A DNA stretch of 64,000 nt from Octopus vulgaris (Eukaryota): assembly GCA_951406725.2 (NCBI GenBank), contig OX597827.1, forward strand, positions 64,046,001 to 64,110,000, in the 5' to 3' direction. Both the position numbers and the translations under genes were made by a program. Below are positions 27,881-40,286 of this stretch, piece by piece. Below the pieces are notes generated by a model. The model had not been told where the DNA came from. It did not search any database and saw only the letters and a list, made by a program, of their open reading frames with translations. The number at the start of each line of letters is the position of its first letter. Position 1 is the stretch's first letter.

Positions 27881-30480
27881 TATAAGAGCATTTCCTGAAC
27901 TGAGAGTCTATTAAGACCTTTGATTTGTATTTTTCGGCTTCCTTGAAGACAGAAAACATTTTTTCTGTTTTGCTCAAATTTAGTAGCTATTTGCATCGGT
28001 TTTCTTTGATTCTGATTTTGATATTTCTGTAGTCCCATGACGGATATTTTATACAAATTATAAGAGTATTGCCTGAACTGAGCTCTATTAAGACCTTTGA
28101 TTTGTATTTTTCGGCTTCCTTGAAGACAGAAAACATTTTTTCTGTTTTGCTCAAGTTTAGCAGCTATTTGCATAGGTTTTCTTTGATTCTGATATAGATA
28201 TTTCTGTTGTCCCCTGACGGATATTTTGTACAAATTATAAGAGTATTGCCTGAACTGAGCTCTATTAAGACCTTTGATTTGTATTTTTCGGCGTCCTTGA
28301 AGACTGTTTGCTCAGTTTAGCACTATTTGCATCGGTTTTTGATTCTGATTTTGAATTTCTGTAGTCCATGACGGATATTTCATACAAATTATAAGAATAT
28401 TGCCTGAACTGAGAAAGACATTTTTTTTTCTTCCTTGTTTTTTCTGTTTTGCTCAAGTTTAGCAGCTATTTGCATCGGTTTTCTTTGATTCTGATTTTGA
28501 TATTTCTGTAGTCCCATGACGGATATTTTATACAAATTATAAGAGTATTGCCTGAACTGAGCTCTATTAAGACCTTTGATTTGTATTTTTCGGCTTCCTT
28601 GAAGACAGAAAACATTTTTTCTGTTTTGCTCAAGTTTAGCAGCTATTTGCATCGGTTTTCTTTGATTCTGATTTTGATATTTCTGTAGTCCCATGACGGA
28701 TATTTTATACAAATTATAAGAATATTGCCTGAACTGAGCTCTATTAAGACCTTTGATTTGTATTTTTCGGCTTCCTTGAACAGAAAACATTTTTTCTGTT
28801 TTGCTCAAGTTTAGCAGCTATTTGCATCGGTTTTCTTTGATTCTGATTTTGATATTTCTGTAGTCCCATGACGGATATTTCATACAAATTATAAGAGTAT
28901 TGCCTGAACTGAGCTCTATTAAGACCTTTGATTTGTATTTTTCGGCTTCCTTGAAGACAGAAAACATTTTTTCTGTTTTGCTCAAGTTTAGCAGCTATTT
29001 GCATCGGTTTTCTTTGATTCTGATTTTGATATTTCTGTAGTCCCATGACGGATATTTCATACAAATTATAAGAATATTGCCTGAACTGAGCTCTATTAAG
29101 ACCTTTGATTTGTATTTTTCGGCTTCCTTGAACAGAAAACATTTTTTCTGTTTTGCTCAAGTTTAGCAGCTATTTGCATCGGTTTTCTTTGATTCTGATT
29201 TTGATATTTCTGTAGTCCCATGACGGATATTTTATACAAATTATAAGAGTATTGCCTGAACTGAGCTCTATTAAGACCTTTGATTTGTATTTTTCGGCTT
29301 CCTTGAAGACAGAAAACATTTTTTCTGTTTTGCTCAAGTTTAGCAGCTATTTGCATAGGTTTTCTTTGATTCTGATATAGATATTTCTGTTGTCCCCTGA
29401 CGGATATTTTGTACAAATTATAAGAGTATTGCCTGAACTGAGCTCTATTAAGACCTTTGATTTGTATTTTTCGGCGTCCTTGAAGACAGAAAACATTTTT
29501 TCTGTTTTGCTCAAGTTTAGCAGCTATTTGCATCGGTTTTCTTTGATTCTGATTTTGATATTTCTGTAGTCCCATGACGGATATTTCATACAAATTATAA
29601 GAATATTGCCTGAACTGAGCTCTATTAAGACCTTTGATTTGTATTTTTCGGCTTCCTTGAACAGAAAACATTTTTTCTGTTTTGCTCAAGTTTAGCAGCT
29701 ATTTGCATCGGTTTTCTTTGATTCTGATTTTGATATTTCTGTAGTCCCATGACGGATATTTTATACAAATTATAAGAGTATTGCCTGAACTGAGCTCTAT
29801 TAAGACCTTTGATTTGTATTTTTCGGCTTCCTTGAAGACAGAAAACATTTTTTCTGTTTTGCTCAAGTTTAGCAGCTATTTGCATCGGTTTTCTTTGAAT
29901 TCTGATTTCGATATTTCTGTTGTCCCCTGACGGATATTTTATACAAATTATAAGAGTATTGCCTGAACTGAGGTCTATTAAGACCTTTGATTTGTATTTT
30001 TCGGCTTCCTTGAAGACAGAAAACATTTTTTCTGTTTTGCTCAAGTTTAGCAGCTATTTGCATCGGTTTTCTTTGATTCTGATTTCGATATTTCTGTTGT
30101 CCCCTGACGGATATTTTATACAAATTATAAGAGTATTGCCTGAACTGAGGTCTATTAAGACCTTTGATTTGTATTTTTCGGCTTCCTTGAAGACAGAAAA
30201 CATTTTTTCTGTTTTGCTCAAGTTTAGCAGCTATTTGCATCGGTTTTCTTTGATTCTGATTTTGATATTTCTGTAGTCCCATGACGGATATTTTATACAA
30301 ATTATAAGAGTATTGCCTGAACTGAGGTCTATTAAGAACTTTGATTTGTATTTTTCGGCTTCCTTAAAAAAAAAAGAAAACGGTTTTTATTTTGTTTTGC
30401 TCAAGTTTAGCAGCTATTTGCATCGGTTTTCTTTGATTCTGAGTTAGATATTTCTGTAGTCCCATGACGGATATTTTATA
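27878..30480. repeat. Satellite array, ~14.5 monomers of 175-178 bp
   Basis: CAAATTATAAGAGTATTGCCTGAACTGAG recurs at 28054, 28231, 28533, 28710, 28885, 29062, 29237, 29414 and onward; two shortened units lie near 28.3-28.5 kb. Confidence 0.97.
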
Positions 30481-30723
30481 ACAGTTTTTTAATTGTATAA
30501 GATCTCAACTACCTTCAATTTTCTGGCAGAATCATTAGCGTGTCAGGTAAAATGCTTAGCGGTATTTCGTCCGTCATACATTCTGAGTTCAAATTCCGCC
30601 GAGGACGACTTTGTCTTTCATCCCTTTGGGATCAATATATTAAGTACCAGAGAAACACTGGGTTCGATGTAATTAACTAGTCCCCTCCCCATAATTTTCA
30701 GGTCTTGTGCCTATGTCGAAAGG

Positions 30724-30777
<54 letters not shown>

Positions 30778-30793
30778 GTTATTATTATTATTA

Positions 30794-30860
<67 letters not shown>

Positions 30861-30864
<4 letters not shown>

Positions 30865-31400
30865 TGATATATTTTTTATAGCGTGCTTTCACTTCACTAC
30901 CGAGCCCAGCGCTGTGTGCCTTGGGTATGTGCTGTGATTTGTTGTGATGCTCTGATGGTTATTGTATGGAAAGTGTTCTGCGTAAGATGTGTGCAGTGCC
31001 TAGTAGTGCAATTTTCTGTATGTTATATGTGTTTTGTAGGTCCTGGTGTTTTTGTTATGTATTTGTCTGAATATTTTTTTTATCATGCCTAATGCACCTA
31101 TTACGATAGGAATTGTTTCTGTTTTTAGATTCCACATTCTGGTTACCTCTATTTCCAGGTCTTTGTATTTTGAAAGTTTCTCTATTTCTTTTAGAGACAC
31201 GTTGTCATCTGCTGGTAATTATACATCAATTAGAAAACATTTTTTTCTTCATGATCTCTGACCTCTGGTCTGTTGGCCTTAATTTCTCTATCTGTGTGTA
31301 TTGGCATATCCCAGAGTATGGTTGCTTTCTCGTTTTATGTGACCATTTCTGGTGGTGCCTATACTATCTTTTTTCTGTTGTTATTTCATAATGTTGCCAT
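30861..31400 (-). mobile_element. R4/Dong-type non-LTR 3' fragment (RLE domain)
   Basis: EKLSKYKDLEIEVTRMWNLKTETIPIVIGALG...; abuts (TTA)n. Confidence 0.8.
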
Positions 31401-31471
31401 CTTTTTTCTGTTGTTATTTCATAATGTTGTTATGTTATTTCATAATGTTGTTGTTATTATTATTATTATTA

Positions 31472-33380
31472 TGTGAAATTTCACAGCTTATTTTGCTGGA
31501 TATGATGGAAAGTGTTCAGCTGTCCGCAGCCAGCAGACTAAGGTGAAACTTGTTTACTGGTCATGCTTGAAGAACCCTGCGAAGAATTCTTTTAGCTCCA
31601 AGCAACGCTGATTTTTGTAGGTGTTCTACCTTCATCCATTCACAGATCCTCTTCAGCCTTGTTCGTAGTTGAGTGCTGATACTTCGAAGTGAACCAATTA
31701 CTATTTGTTTTGCGTTTACTCTCAAATTTTGAGGGGTTGTATTTTTAGCCTTTCATCTGTTTTCTTCGCAATCCTGGGTTGAAATGAACACGATGGCTCA
31801 ATCAGCAAGCAAATTCGATTTTCCTTCTCTGTTATTGTAATGTCTAGCTTGTTATGTTTTATGTTTTTATCCATTTGACTTCGAAAATTTGCATTTTTGC
31901 GTCTCAAAGCCTCTTTCTACACGATGATTCTACCAAGTACGTCTTGCTTCAAGCCACCATTTCTGACAAAGCTTCTAGTGTAAAACTTTCAGAACTTGAT
32001 CATGTCTCCATTTCTTATATTCTCCCTGATCATTCTTGGGACATTTTGCAACAATGTGTGCCATTGTTTCATCCCAAATTCCACATACTCTGCATTTTAC
32101 CGACACTTCCCCATATACATATTTTCTTAAGCTGTTTGTCCGCAGTGCTTGATCTTGAGATGTTATAATAAGGATTCCTGCTTCTTTTTTCAGGTCCCTC
32201 CTCTTCAGCCAAGCCAGGATCTTGTTCCACATACATTCTTAGTGTCTTTCCAAAACTGAACATGCAAAGGCTTCTCATAAAACTGTTTATCATGTTCTCT
32301 TTTAATTTCATTTCTGTCCTTTTCTCTTTTTCTGGTTGTGCTCACCTGTTCTATAGTCATTGCCTTTTGTAAGTTTTCCGTGTTGTTCTGTAAGAATTAT
32401 AGAAGGTTTTATTTTTTCTCTCCATCTGTCTACACTCTTTCGTGGAGGCACAATGGCCCAGTGGTTAGGGCAGCGGACTCGCGGTCGTATGATCGCGGTT
32501 TCGATTCCCAGACCGGGCGTTGTGTGAGTGTTTATTGAGCGTAAACATCTAAAGCTCCACGAGGCTCCGGCAGGGATGGTGGTGATCCCTGCTGTACTCT
32601 TTCTCCACAACTTTCTCTCACTCTTACTTCCTGTTTCTGTTGTACATGTATTTCAAAGGGCCGGCCTTGTCACTCTCTGTGTCACGCTGAATGTCCCCGA
32701 GAACTACGTTAAGGGTACACGTGTCTGTGGAGTGCTCAGCCACTTACACGTTAATTTCACGAGCAGGCTGTTCCGTTGAACGGATCAACCGGAACCCTCA
32801 TCGTCGTAACCGACGGAGTGCTTCCATCTACACTCTTTCACACTAATAATACCTCTTCCACACTGGTCTTTCTTCAAAGACAACCAGTTAATATCTGCTT
32901 TCGGACAGAGGACTCCATACATTGTCAATAGCTTTCTAGTTTTTTTCTGTCATGTTTCTGTATGATGCTCTTGGTTCAATCTACAATTCCAACTTCATAT
33001 CTGATTATCGGTACTTCTCTCGCATTTATTGCTTCAATAATATATGTTTTTTGAATTCAGCTGTGACTGCAATATTTTTCTCACTCTCCTTGAAAACTCC
33101 CTACTGGTGTTTTGTTTTATCTCTTCATGCTTTATTTCATATGCTTCCAGTATTCATAAATGCTTATAACGCTGTCTTTTCACAACTGCTTTCACTGTTT
33201 GCCCATTTGGCATTTCAATTCCCTGACTTGCTTCAAATTTTCCTCATTTCATTAACAAATAGCATAGCGTACTTTTCAAACCCGAATTCCATTCCTACAT
33301 CATTTGAAAATTGCAAACAGTATGTACAAGATTTCTCAGCTGTTTCTCATTTTTCGCATAAAGCTTTATGTCATCCATGA
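31472..33380 (-). mobile_element. Decayed R4/Dong-type non-LTR ORF (RT, CCHC, RLE) interrupted by a SINE
   Basis: MDDIKLYAKNEKQL (RT xMDD), QDQALRTN..KCRVCG..ETMAHIVAKC (zinc knuckle), KHNKLDITI..ICLLIE (RLE). Confidence 0.8.
32442..32826 (+). mobile_element. Full-length tRNA-derived SINE (family B) with 13-bp TSD
   Basis: A box TGGCCCAGTGGT, B box GTTTCGATTCCC; TSD TCTACACTCTTTC at 32429-32441 and 32827-32839. Related copies at ~5200-5530, 8597-8800, 16670-16968(-) and 18845-19226(-). Confidence 0.9.
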
Positions 33381-34110
33381 CTTTGTCTTTCATCCATTCG
33401 GGGTCGATAAATGAAGTACCAGTAACACACTGGGGTCGATATAATCGACTTAATCCGTTTGTCTGTCCTTGTTTGTCTTCTCTGTGTTTAGCCCCTTGTG
33501 GGTAGTAAAGAAATACTGCATATGAAAGCTTTAGAACGCCAGGTGAAATGCTTTGCGGTATTTCATCTGCCGCTACGTCCTGAGTTCTAATTCCACCGAG
33601 GTCAACTTTGCCTTTCATCCTTTCGGTGTCGATTAAATAAGTACCGGTTACACACTGGGGTCGATATAATCGACTTAATCCATGTGTCTGTCCTTGTTTA
33701 TCCCCTCTATGTTTAGCCCCTTGTGGGTAGTAAAGAAATAGGTATTTCGTCTGCCGTTACGTCCTGAGTTCAAATTCCGCCGAGATCGACTTTGCCTTTC
33801 ATCCTTTCGAGGTCAATTAAATAAGTACCGGTTACACACTGGGGTCGATATAATCGACTTAATCCATGTGTCTGTCCTTATTTATCCCCTCTGTGTTTAG
33901 CCCCTTGTGGGTAGTAAAGAAATAGGTATTTCGTCTGCCGTTACGTCCTGAGTTCAAATTCCGCCGAGATCGACTTTGCCTTTCATCCTTTCGGGGTCAA
34001 TTAAATAAGTAGCAGTTACGCACTGGGGTCGATATAATCGACTTAATCCATTTGTCTGTCCTTGTTTATCCCCTCTGTGTTTAGCTCCTTGTGGGTAGTA
34101 AAGAAATAGG
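33380..34110 (+). mobile_element. Head-to-tail tandem array of SINE family C bodies (~184-bp unit)
   Basis: B-box-like GAGTTCAAATTCC and the CCTTTCATCCTTTCGGGGTCGATAAA core repeat about 4 times. Other copies at 7390-7620(-), 19298-19700, 25930-26600(-), 34271-34500, 58010-58245. Confidence 0.85.
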
Positions 34111-35968
34111 TATTACGTTTCTTTCGATCTATGTATGTACCTACTTTCATTTTGATCTATGTATCTACTTCAGTTTCGATGTATGCATCAGTCTATTATG
34201 AAAATACTGATAAACATTTTACCTCTATCTTCAACTATAGAAAAGTAACAGTAACACTCACAGCTATTTGCGGCGAGGTGGCAGACACGTTAGCGCACCG
34301 GGCGGAATGCTTAGCGGTATTTCGTCTGTCGTCACGTTCTGAGTTCAAATTCCACCGAGGTCGACTTTGCCTTTCATCCTTTCGGGGTCGATAAATAAAA
34401 GTACCAGTTTCGCACTGGGGTCGATGTAATCGACTTAATCCCTTTGTCTGTCCTTGTTTGCCCTCTCTATGTTTAGCCCCTTGTGGGCAATAAAGAAATA
34501 TATTTGCTGAGAGAGAGAGAGAGAAAGAGACTGACAGAGCTCCCTCTGTCAGACAGAATAACTGTCACACAGATAGATAGAGAGACATTTCTTTTTGCAA
34601 TTATCATATATCGGCTTTATCGTATATCGTCGAAAACGAAAAGTTTTCCAGCATTTTCCATATGAAAATGGTTCCATTGTCTTTCATTATTATTCTTTAT
34701 CTACTCCCTTCCTTCACTCAATCTATCTCTCTAAATCTCTCTCTTTTCTCCTCCCTCCTCTATGACTTCTTGCCTCTAATTGTCCTCCTCCTTTTAACGT
34801 GGTATATTCTCTTACTTCTCCGTGCTATCAATCTCCCCCCTCTGTCTCTTTCACTCTATCTTACTTTTTCCTCTTAGCCTCTCACTTCAACTATACTTCC
34901 TCTGCTTCTGTCCTTCCCCTTTCTTCACCCACCTCAACAATACCTCCTCTGCTTAATACCTTTTATTTCTCTTTTTCTTTGTACCTCCCCCTTCACCTTT
35001 TTGTACCTCTTCCTTTGAAGCGTGACACACACCACAGGTACGTACGTACAAAATCAAAAAGTTGGCGTATTAAAATTATTGATTATTATCATAATTATTA
35101 TCATTCTTATCATTAACATTATAATTATTTTATTGTTAGGCCCCCCTCCCCCCATCATCATCATCATCGACATTCACAAGTTCCTCTTGAAAAAGGAAAG
35201 TGAGAATAAAGAGGGAAGTTCTACCCTGCCACCCCAGTAAATTTGTTGAAAGGTGAGTGAATGTGGCAACGATGGCCTGTGTGAATGAAGCTACACTGAA
35301 CTTTCGTTTGTAAACTGGAGGAATTGCGAAGGAGAAAGGCACCTGCTGAAGCGCATCTTGTAGTCAGGATAACCAGAATGTGTGGGGTTCCTCGGTTGTC
35401 CCCATGTGGAACTTCCCACTTTAGGGAATTTCTTATTGTTTAACTGTTTTGTTAATTACATTATTTACAATTGATGGATATTTGTCCTCATCTTGTTTGT
35501 TGATAACACAATGTTTTGGATGATATACCCTCCAGCCTTCATCAGGAAATTTCGAACCTGGGTTCTCTTTCCTAAGGTATTTTTTGGATGTTATTATCAT
35601 CATCATCATCATTATTATTATTATTATTAGTATTAGTATTATTATTATTGTTAGTATTCAGGTCACTGCTAGGAATCGAACTCGGAATCTTGGGGTTAGT
35701 AGCCTGTGCTCTTAACCACTACACCATATGCCCATTTCAACAAACAAGATGAGGACAAATCTGTCGAAAGTAAATAATGTAAATAATGCACATAATTCCT
35801 CATCTCTTAAATATAGAACTGTTTTGTTAATTGTTTATTGTTAGTTGTTGTATACACGGTATTGTTCAATATTCTGCTTGTCCATTGTATTGTATGGTCC
35901 CTAATTGTTTTTGTGTTCGGCCCTTGTGGCCAATAAAAGTAAGAATTATTATGATCACTATTATTATA

Positions 35969-36004
<36 letters not shown>

Positions 36005-36350
36005 TTATGTTTGACTTCTGCTTTACATTTATACAAGTTGGCTCCAAGTTCATGTTGGTGTTATGCCTAGGGTGCCATATATTTGGTTTTGTACATAGTG
36101 TTGTTCTAGAGAATGTTTAAAAAAAACATATGAAAATTATGTGTTTGTTTTAAAATTTGAGATTACATAGACAGTATTTTACGTAGAATATGGGCAGTTC
36201 CCATGAGCACTATCTTTTAAATTTCTGCCATTTTGGTGTTTCCTGGTATCTGAGTTAGGGAGCAATCAGCCCCTTTTGCTATCATTTCCAGGGCACCTAT
36301 GACAACAGATATTGTTTTAGTTTTCATGTTCTAAATATTGCTCATTTATT
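36005..36350 (-). mobile_element. R4/Dong-type 3' fragment; sister copy at 37005-37310
   Basis: Minus strand VIGALEMIAK..PKMAEI.KIVLMGTAHILRKILSM*; TTA-flanked. Confidence 0.65.
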
Positions 36351-37310
36351 ATTATTATTATTATTATTATGTGAGAGAGCAGTGCATGCCGTCAAAGTGA
36401 CACTGGGGTACAAATATATGAAGCCCAGTATACTCATCATGACTAACCGTCTGATTAGGGTACTCTAGGCACATGCATCACAACCATATGAGCGTGATAT
36501 GGTGATCTCATATCAAGATAAGCAGCACATGACCTTGCAGGTGGGGCCCAGTTAGAATATTCTTCTGGTCGAGTAACCCACCCTGCTAAAAAGGTCCCTG
36601 AATAAGCGCTGTTTAAGGATGTTGAACGAAACACCCGTTTCCAGAGGTGAATTGTTCAAACCCCAAAGAATCCATCTCAACACATGGCTATGATGCTCCC
36701 CCACTACTTCTGCTCATGATCAAAGATGCACATATCGTCAGCCACTAAGAGACATGCTCAACTGGTTAAGGTCAAACAACTGACAAGCAAATCTGTGGTA
36801 TTGAGCAGAATATTTGTTGTAACCCATCTTTTATACCAAGACAAAACAATGTACATGATAACGCTTCCAATTAGTTAAGATCAGATGCCATGAGAGCCAC
36901 TGCTTGGTACTGCATCAGGGCATAGCCACTGCCTGGTACTGCATCAGGGTGTTTATTATTATTAATATTATTATTATTATTATTAGTAGTAGTAGTAGTA
37001 GTATTATTTTATGTTTGATTTTTGCTTTACATTTGTACAAGTTGGCTCCAAGTCTCACCCAGAGACCTCAAGAGACAACAAGTTGGAAGTTCATGTTGGT
37101 GTTATGCCTAGGGTGCCATGTATTTGGTTTTGTACATAGTGTTGTTCTAGAGAATGTTTAAGAAACCATAAGAAAATTATGTGTTTGTTTTAAAACTTGA
37201 GATTACATAGAAAGTATTTTGCATAGGATATGAGCAGTTCCCATGAGCATTATCTTTTGAATTTCTGCCATTTTGGGGTTTCCTGGTATCTGAGCTAGGT
37301 TAAAATCAGC

Positions 37311-37359
<49 letters not shown>

Positions 37360-37779
37360 TATTGCAGTGTCTTTATAGTGTCTGAAAGTTTAGAATGTTT
37401 GTATGCTTCAAAAATGTTGAGAATGGATGGTATCACCCTAAGTTTGAAGCTGTGATTCGGAGGTCAGAAACTGAAGAAGAAACTTTCCCCACATTGTTCC
37501 GGGAGATCTTGGTTCATGTAGCTCTGCAATTATCCCTCAAAGTCCTTGAGTATCAGGATAACATTGTCATCATCACTGATGTGTACTAAGTATATCTTCT
37601 TTGTTATATTTTATACCATATTTTATCATTTTATTGTATTTAGGCACAGGAGTGGCTGTGTGGTAAGTAGCTTCCTTACCAACCACATGGTTCTGGGTTC
37701 AGTCCCACTGTGTGACACCTTGGGCAAGTGTCTTCTACTATAGCCTGAAGCCAACCAAAGCCTTGTGAGTGGATATAAG

Positions 37780-37810
<31 letters not shown>

Positions 37811-38786
37811 CTGTGTTTGTCCCCACCAACATCGCTTGATTACCTATGCTGGTGTGTTTATGTCTCCATAACTTAGCAGTTTGGCAAAAGGGCATGATAG
37901 AATAAGTACTAGGCTTACAAAGAATAAGTCCTGGGGTTGATTTGCTCGACTAAAGGCAGTGCTCCAGCATGGCCACAGTCAATGACTGAAACAAGTAAAA
38001 GAGTAAAGAGAGTAAGAGCATAAACATTCATGCTTTATAATGTCGTTGCATTTCTCCTCTCATCCATCACCTTCATGGAAAATAAAATAAATCATTGTTT
38101 TTTTTTTATTATTGTATGTCTGTACATTTCTTGTGTTAACATTTAATTTGCTATTAAGGGATTCAAAAAGAAATTAAAAAAAAAAATCTAATATACGGAT
38201 AATTAAGTGTCGTCAAATATCACCCCATGCACTTTATATATACATATACATACATACATACATACATACATGTGTGTATGAGCTTGCGAACAAAAGCAGA
38301 GATTCACTGTAGCATTTACGTCTCTATAGAAGTGTGACTCACTGATTGAACGTAGTCATTCGATAAATAGCGATCAATAAAAAAAAAACCTAGGCCAATT
38401 TACATTTTGTTGTTGATTTAGTTCTCTGAATTTTTTCAAGATTTTGGTTTGGATGGCCCCTGTCTTTTGAATGAAACCAGTAAGAATAAATAAAAGAATT
38501 GTAATTCTAAATGTTTTATTATAATAATTTCATTTAGAAAAGAGTATTTATCAGGTGGTTAGTTATTGTCTTTTGTTATATATTGGGTGGGTCATTACGC
38601 CAATAATAAATACATGCACTGGTTCCATTTCAGTCCTTTGTTATTTATTTGTTAATTGGTCCACTATGTAACCAATTAAATAATCGACTGTTTCATTAAT
38701 CATTCTGTTAATTAATCAGTCAGATTTCTCAAATTCTTCTCATCGCCATTTGAGACATTGTCGATATCACAAACCAAACCAAATAC

Positions 38787-39495
38787 AGATCTTTTCCTTT
38801 TGAACGGCACTTTTCAACACAATTTCTAGTTAACTAAACACTTTGAAATTTCGTATACTGGTAGAATGTGTCAAAATAAAACATTTTTTTCTCTTGGCTT
38901 TCTTGATAAAATTGTAATTCGTTTGTTTAACGTAGTTTAATTTTTCAAATTAAATGAATCGCCAATGAATTGCCTCTAATTGAGCTAAAATCATTTGCTG
39001 CGTCTAAATTGTTTTTCTTAATTGTTAAATTAATTTAATTGTTACGCGTGTAAAAAAACAAAAGGCTAAAACGAAAGCAATGGAAAATAATTTAAACAAT
39101 TAACAAACAAAATAATTCTATAATTTTATACACACGCTTTCTGTACGTATACGGAAAGCGTGTATTATGGAAAGCATGTGTTACGGAAAGTGTGTGTATA
39201 AAATTAACAATTAAGAAAAAAAAATTTAGGGTCAGGGTTAGGGTGAGGTTTAGGGTTAGTGACAGGATGTTGTCTCAGTTTTAGACGCAGCAAATGGTTT
39301 TAGCTCAATTAGAGGCAATTCATTGGTTAAAATTTGAAAAATTAAACTACGTTAAACAAACAAATTACAATTTTATCAAGAAAACCAAGAGAAAAAAATA
39401 TTTTATTTTGACACATTCTACCAGTATACAAAGTTTTAAAGTGTTTAGTTAATTAGAAATTGTGTTGACATGTGCTGTTCAAAAGGAAAAGATCC
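38787..39495. mobile_element. GGATC-TIR element with 8-bp TSD and internal (TTAGGG)-like repeats, inserted in the gene's 3' flank
   Basis: TIR (A/G)GATCTTTTCCTTTTGAAC with ~200-bp inverted arms; TSD CCAAATAC at 38779-38786 and 39496-39503; absent from the paralogous flank at ~24735. Confidence 0.9.
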
Positions 39496-39569
39496 CCAAA
39501 TACAAAGCAGACATATAGCGATTTTATATTTCCGGTTTTAGTAATTTTAGCCAAATCAGTATGCGCACT

Positions 39570-40286
39570 TTAATCACCACCCTCCTCCTCCTCCTCCACT
39601 TCTTCTTCTTCCTCCTCCTCTGCCTCCTCCTCCTCCTCTTCCGCTGCCTCCTCCTCCTCCTCTTCCGCTGCCTCCTCCTCCTCTTCCGCTGCCTCCTCCT
39701 CCTCTTCCGCTGCCTCCTCCTCCTCCTCTTCTGCTGCCTCCTCCTCCACCTCTTCTGCTGCCTCCTCCTCCACCTCTTCCGCTGCCTCCTCCTCCACCTC
39801 TTCCGCTGCGTCCCCCTCCACCTCTTCCGCTGCCTCCTGCTCCACCTCTTCCTCCTCTTTCTCTTCCTCCTCCTCTTTCTCCTCTTCCTCTTTCTCTTTC
39901 TCCTCTTCCTCTTTCTCTTTCTCCTCCTCCTCTTTCTCTTTCTCCTCCTCCTCTTTCTCTCTCTCCTCTCTCTCCTCTCTCTCTCTTTCCCATCTCTCTT
40001 TATTCTCTTCCCATATCTCTCTATCCTCTCTCGCTGTTTCCCATCTCTCTCTTTCCCATCTCTCTCTTTCCCATCTCTCTCTCTCCTCCTCCTCACTGTA
40101 ATCACTACTGCTTCCATCACTGCTACTTGAACCATGATCATGTTTTTTCTTCTTTTTCTTTTTATGTTTTTTCGTCTTTTCATCCTTCACCTCCAAGGAA
40201 TAAACTACCACCTTTGGGGTGTCTTTGTCATGATATGGAATCATTTCTTCATCAGTTCGGCGACAACAAAATATTGCAGATCCCAT
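39570..40286 (-). CDS. Orphan single-coding-exon protein (238 aa): N-terminal MGSAIFCC, poly-Lys patch, Ser/Asp linker, ERERW and EEEAA-repeat acidic tail
   Basis: Open ORF with AAAA-ATG-G start context. A polypyrimidine/TTTTAACAG acceptor lies 15 nt upstream (exon start 40301). The non-repetitive N-terminal ~40 aa, the acceptor and ~250 bp of 3' flank are conserved in a paralog at 24.5-25.3 kb. Confidence 0.6.
   Translation of the reverse strand: MGSAIFCCRRTDEEMIPYHDKDTPKVVVYSLEVKDEKTKKHKKKKKKKHDHGSSSSDGSSSDYSEEEERERWERERWERERWETAREDREIWEENKERWEREREEREEREKEEEEKEKEEEEKEKEEEEKEKEEEEKEEEEEKEEEEVEQEAAEEVEGDAAEEVEEEAAEEVEEEAAEEVEEEAAEEEEEEAAEEEEEAAEEEEEAAEEEEEEAAEEEEEEAEEEEEEEVEEEEEGGD

Noticed and set aside
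27880-30300. Repeated 59-aa ORFs, or a CRISPR-like array
   Set aside because: Contiguous satellite monomers with no unique spacers. Frames break at the 175-bp variants, there are no cas genes, and the context is eukaryotic.
39524-40183. Arg/Lys-rich protamine-like 219-aa ORF
   Set aside because: It is an alternative frame of the same purine-rich repeat. The Glu frame has the acceptor-proximal Kozak ATG and the paralog-conserved N-terminus and stop; the Arg/Lys frame cannot be fully excluded.
40225-40260. DEEMIPY resembling the piggyBac catalytic motif
   Set aside because: The surrounding sequence has no transposase similarity and the paralog reads DREMVSY.
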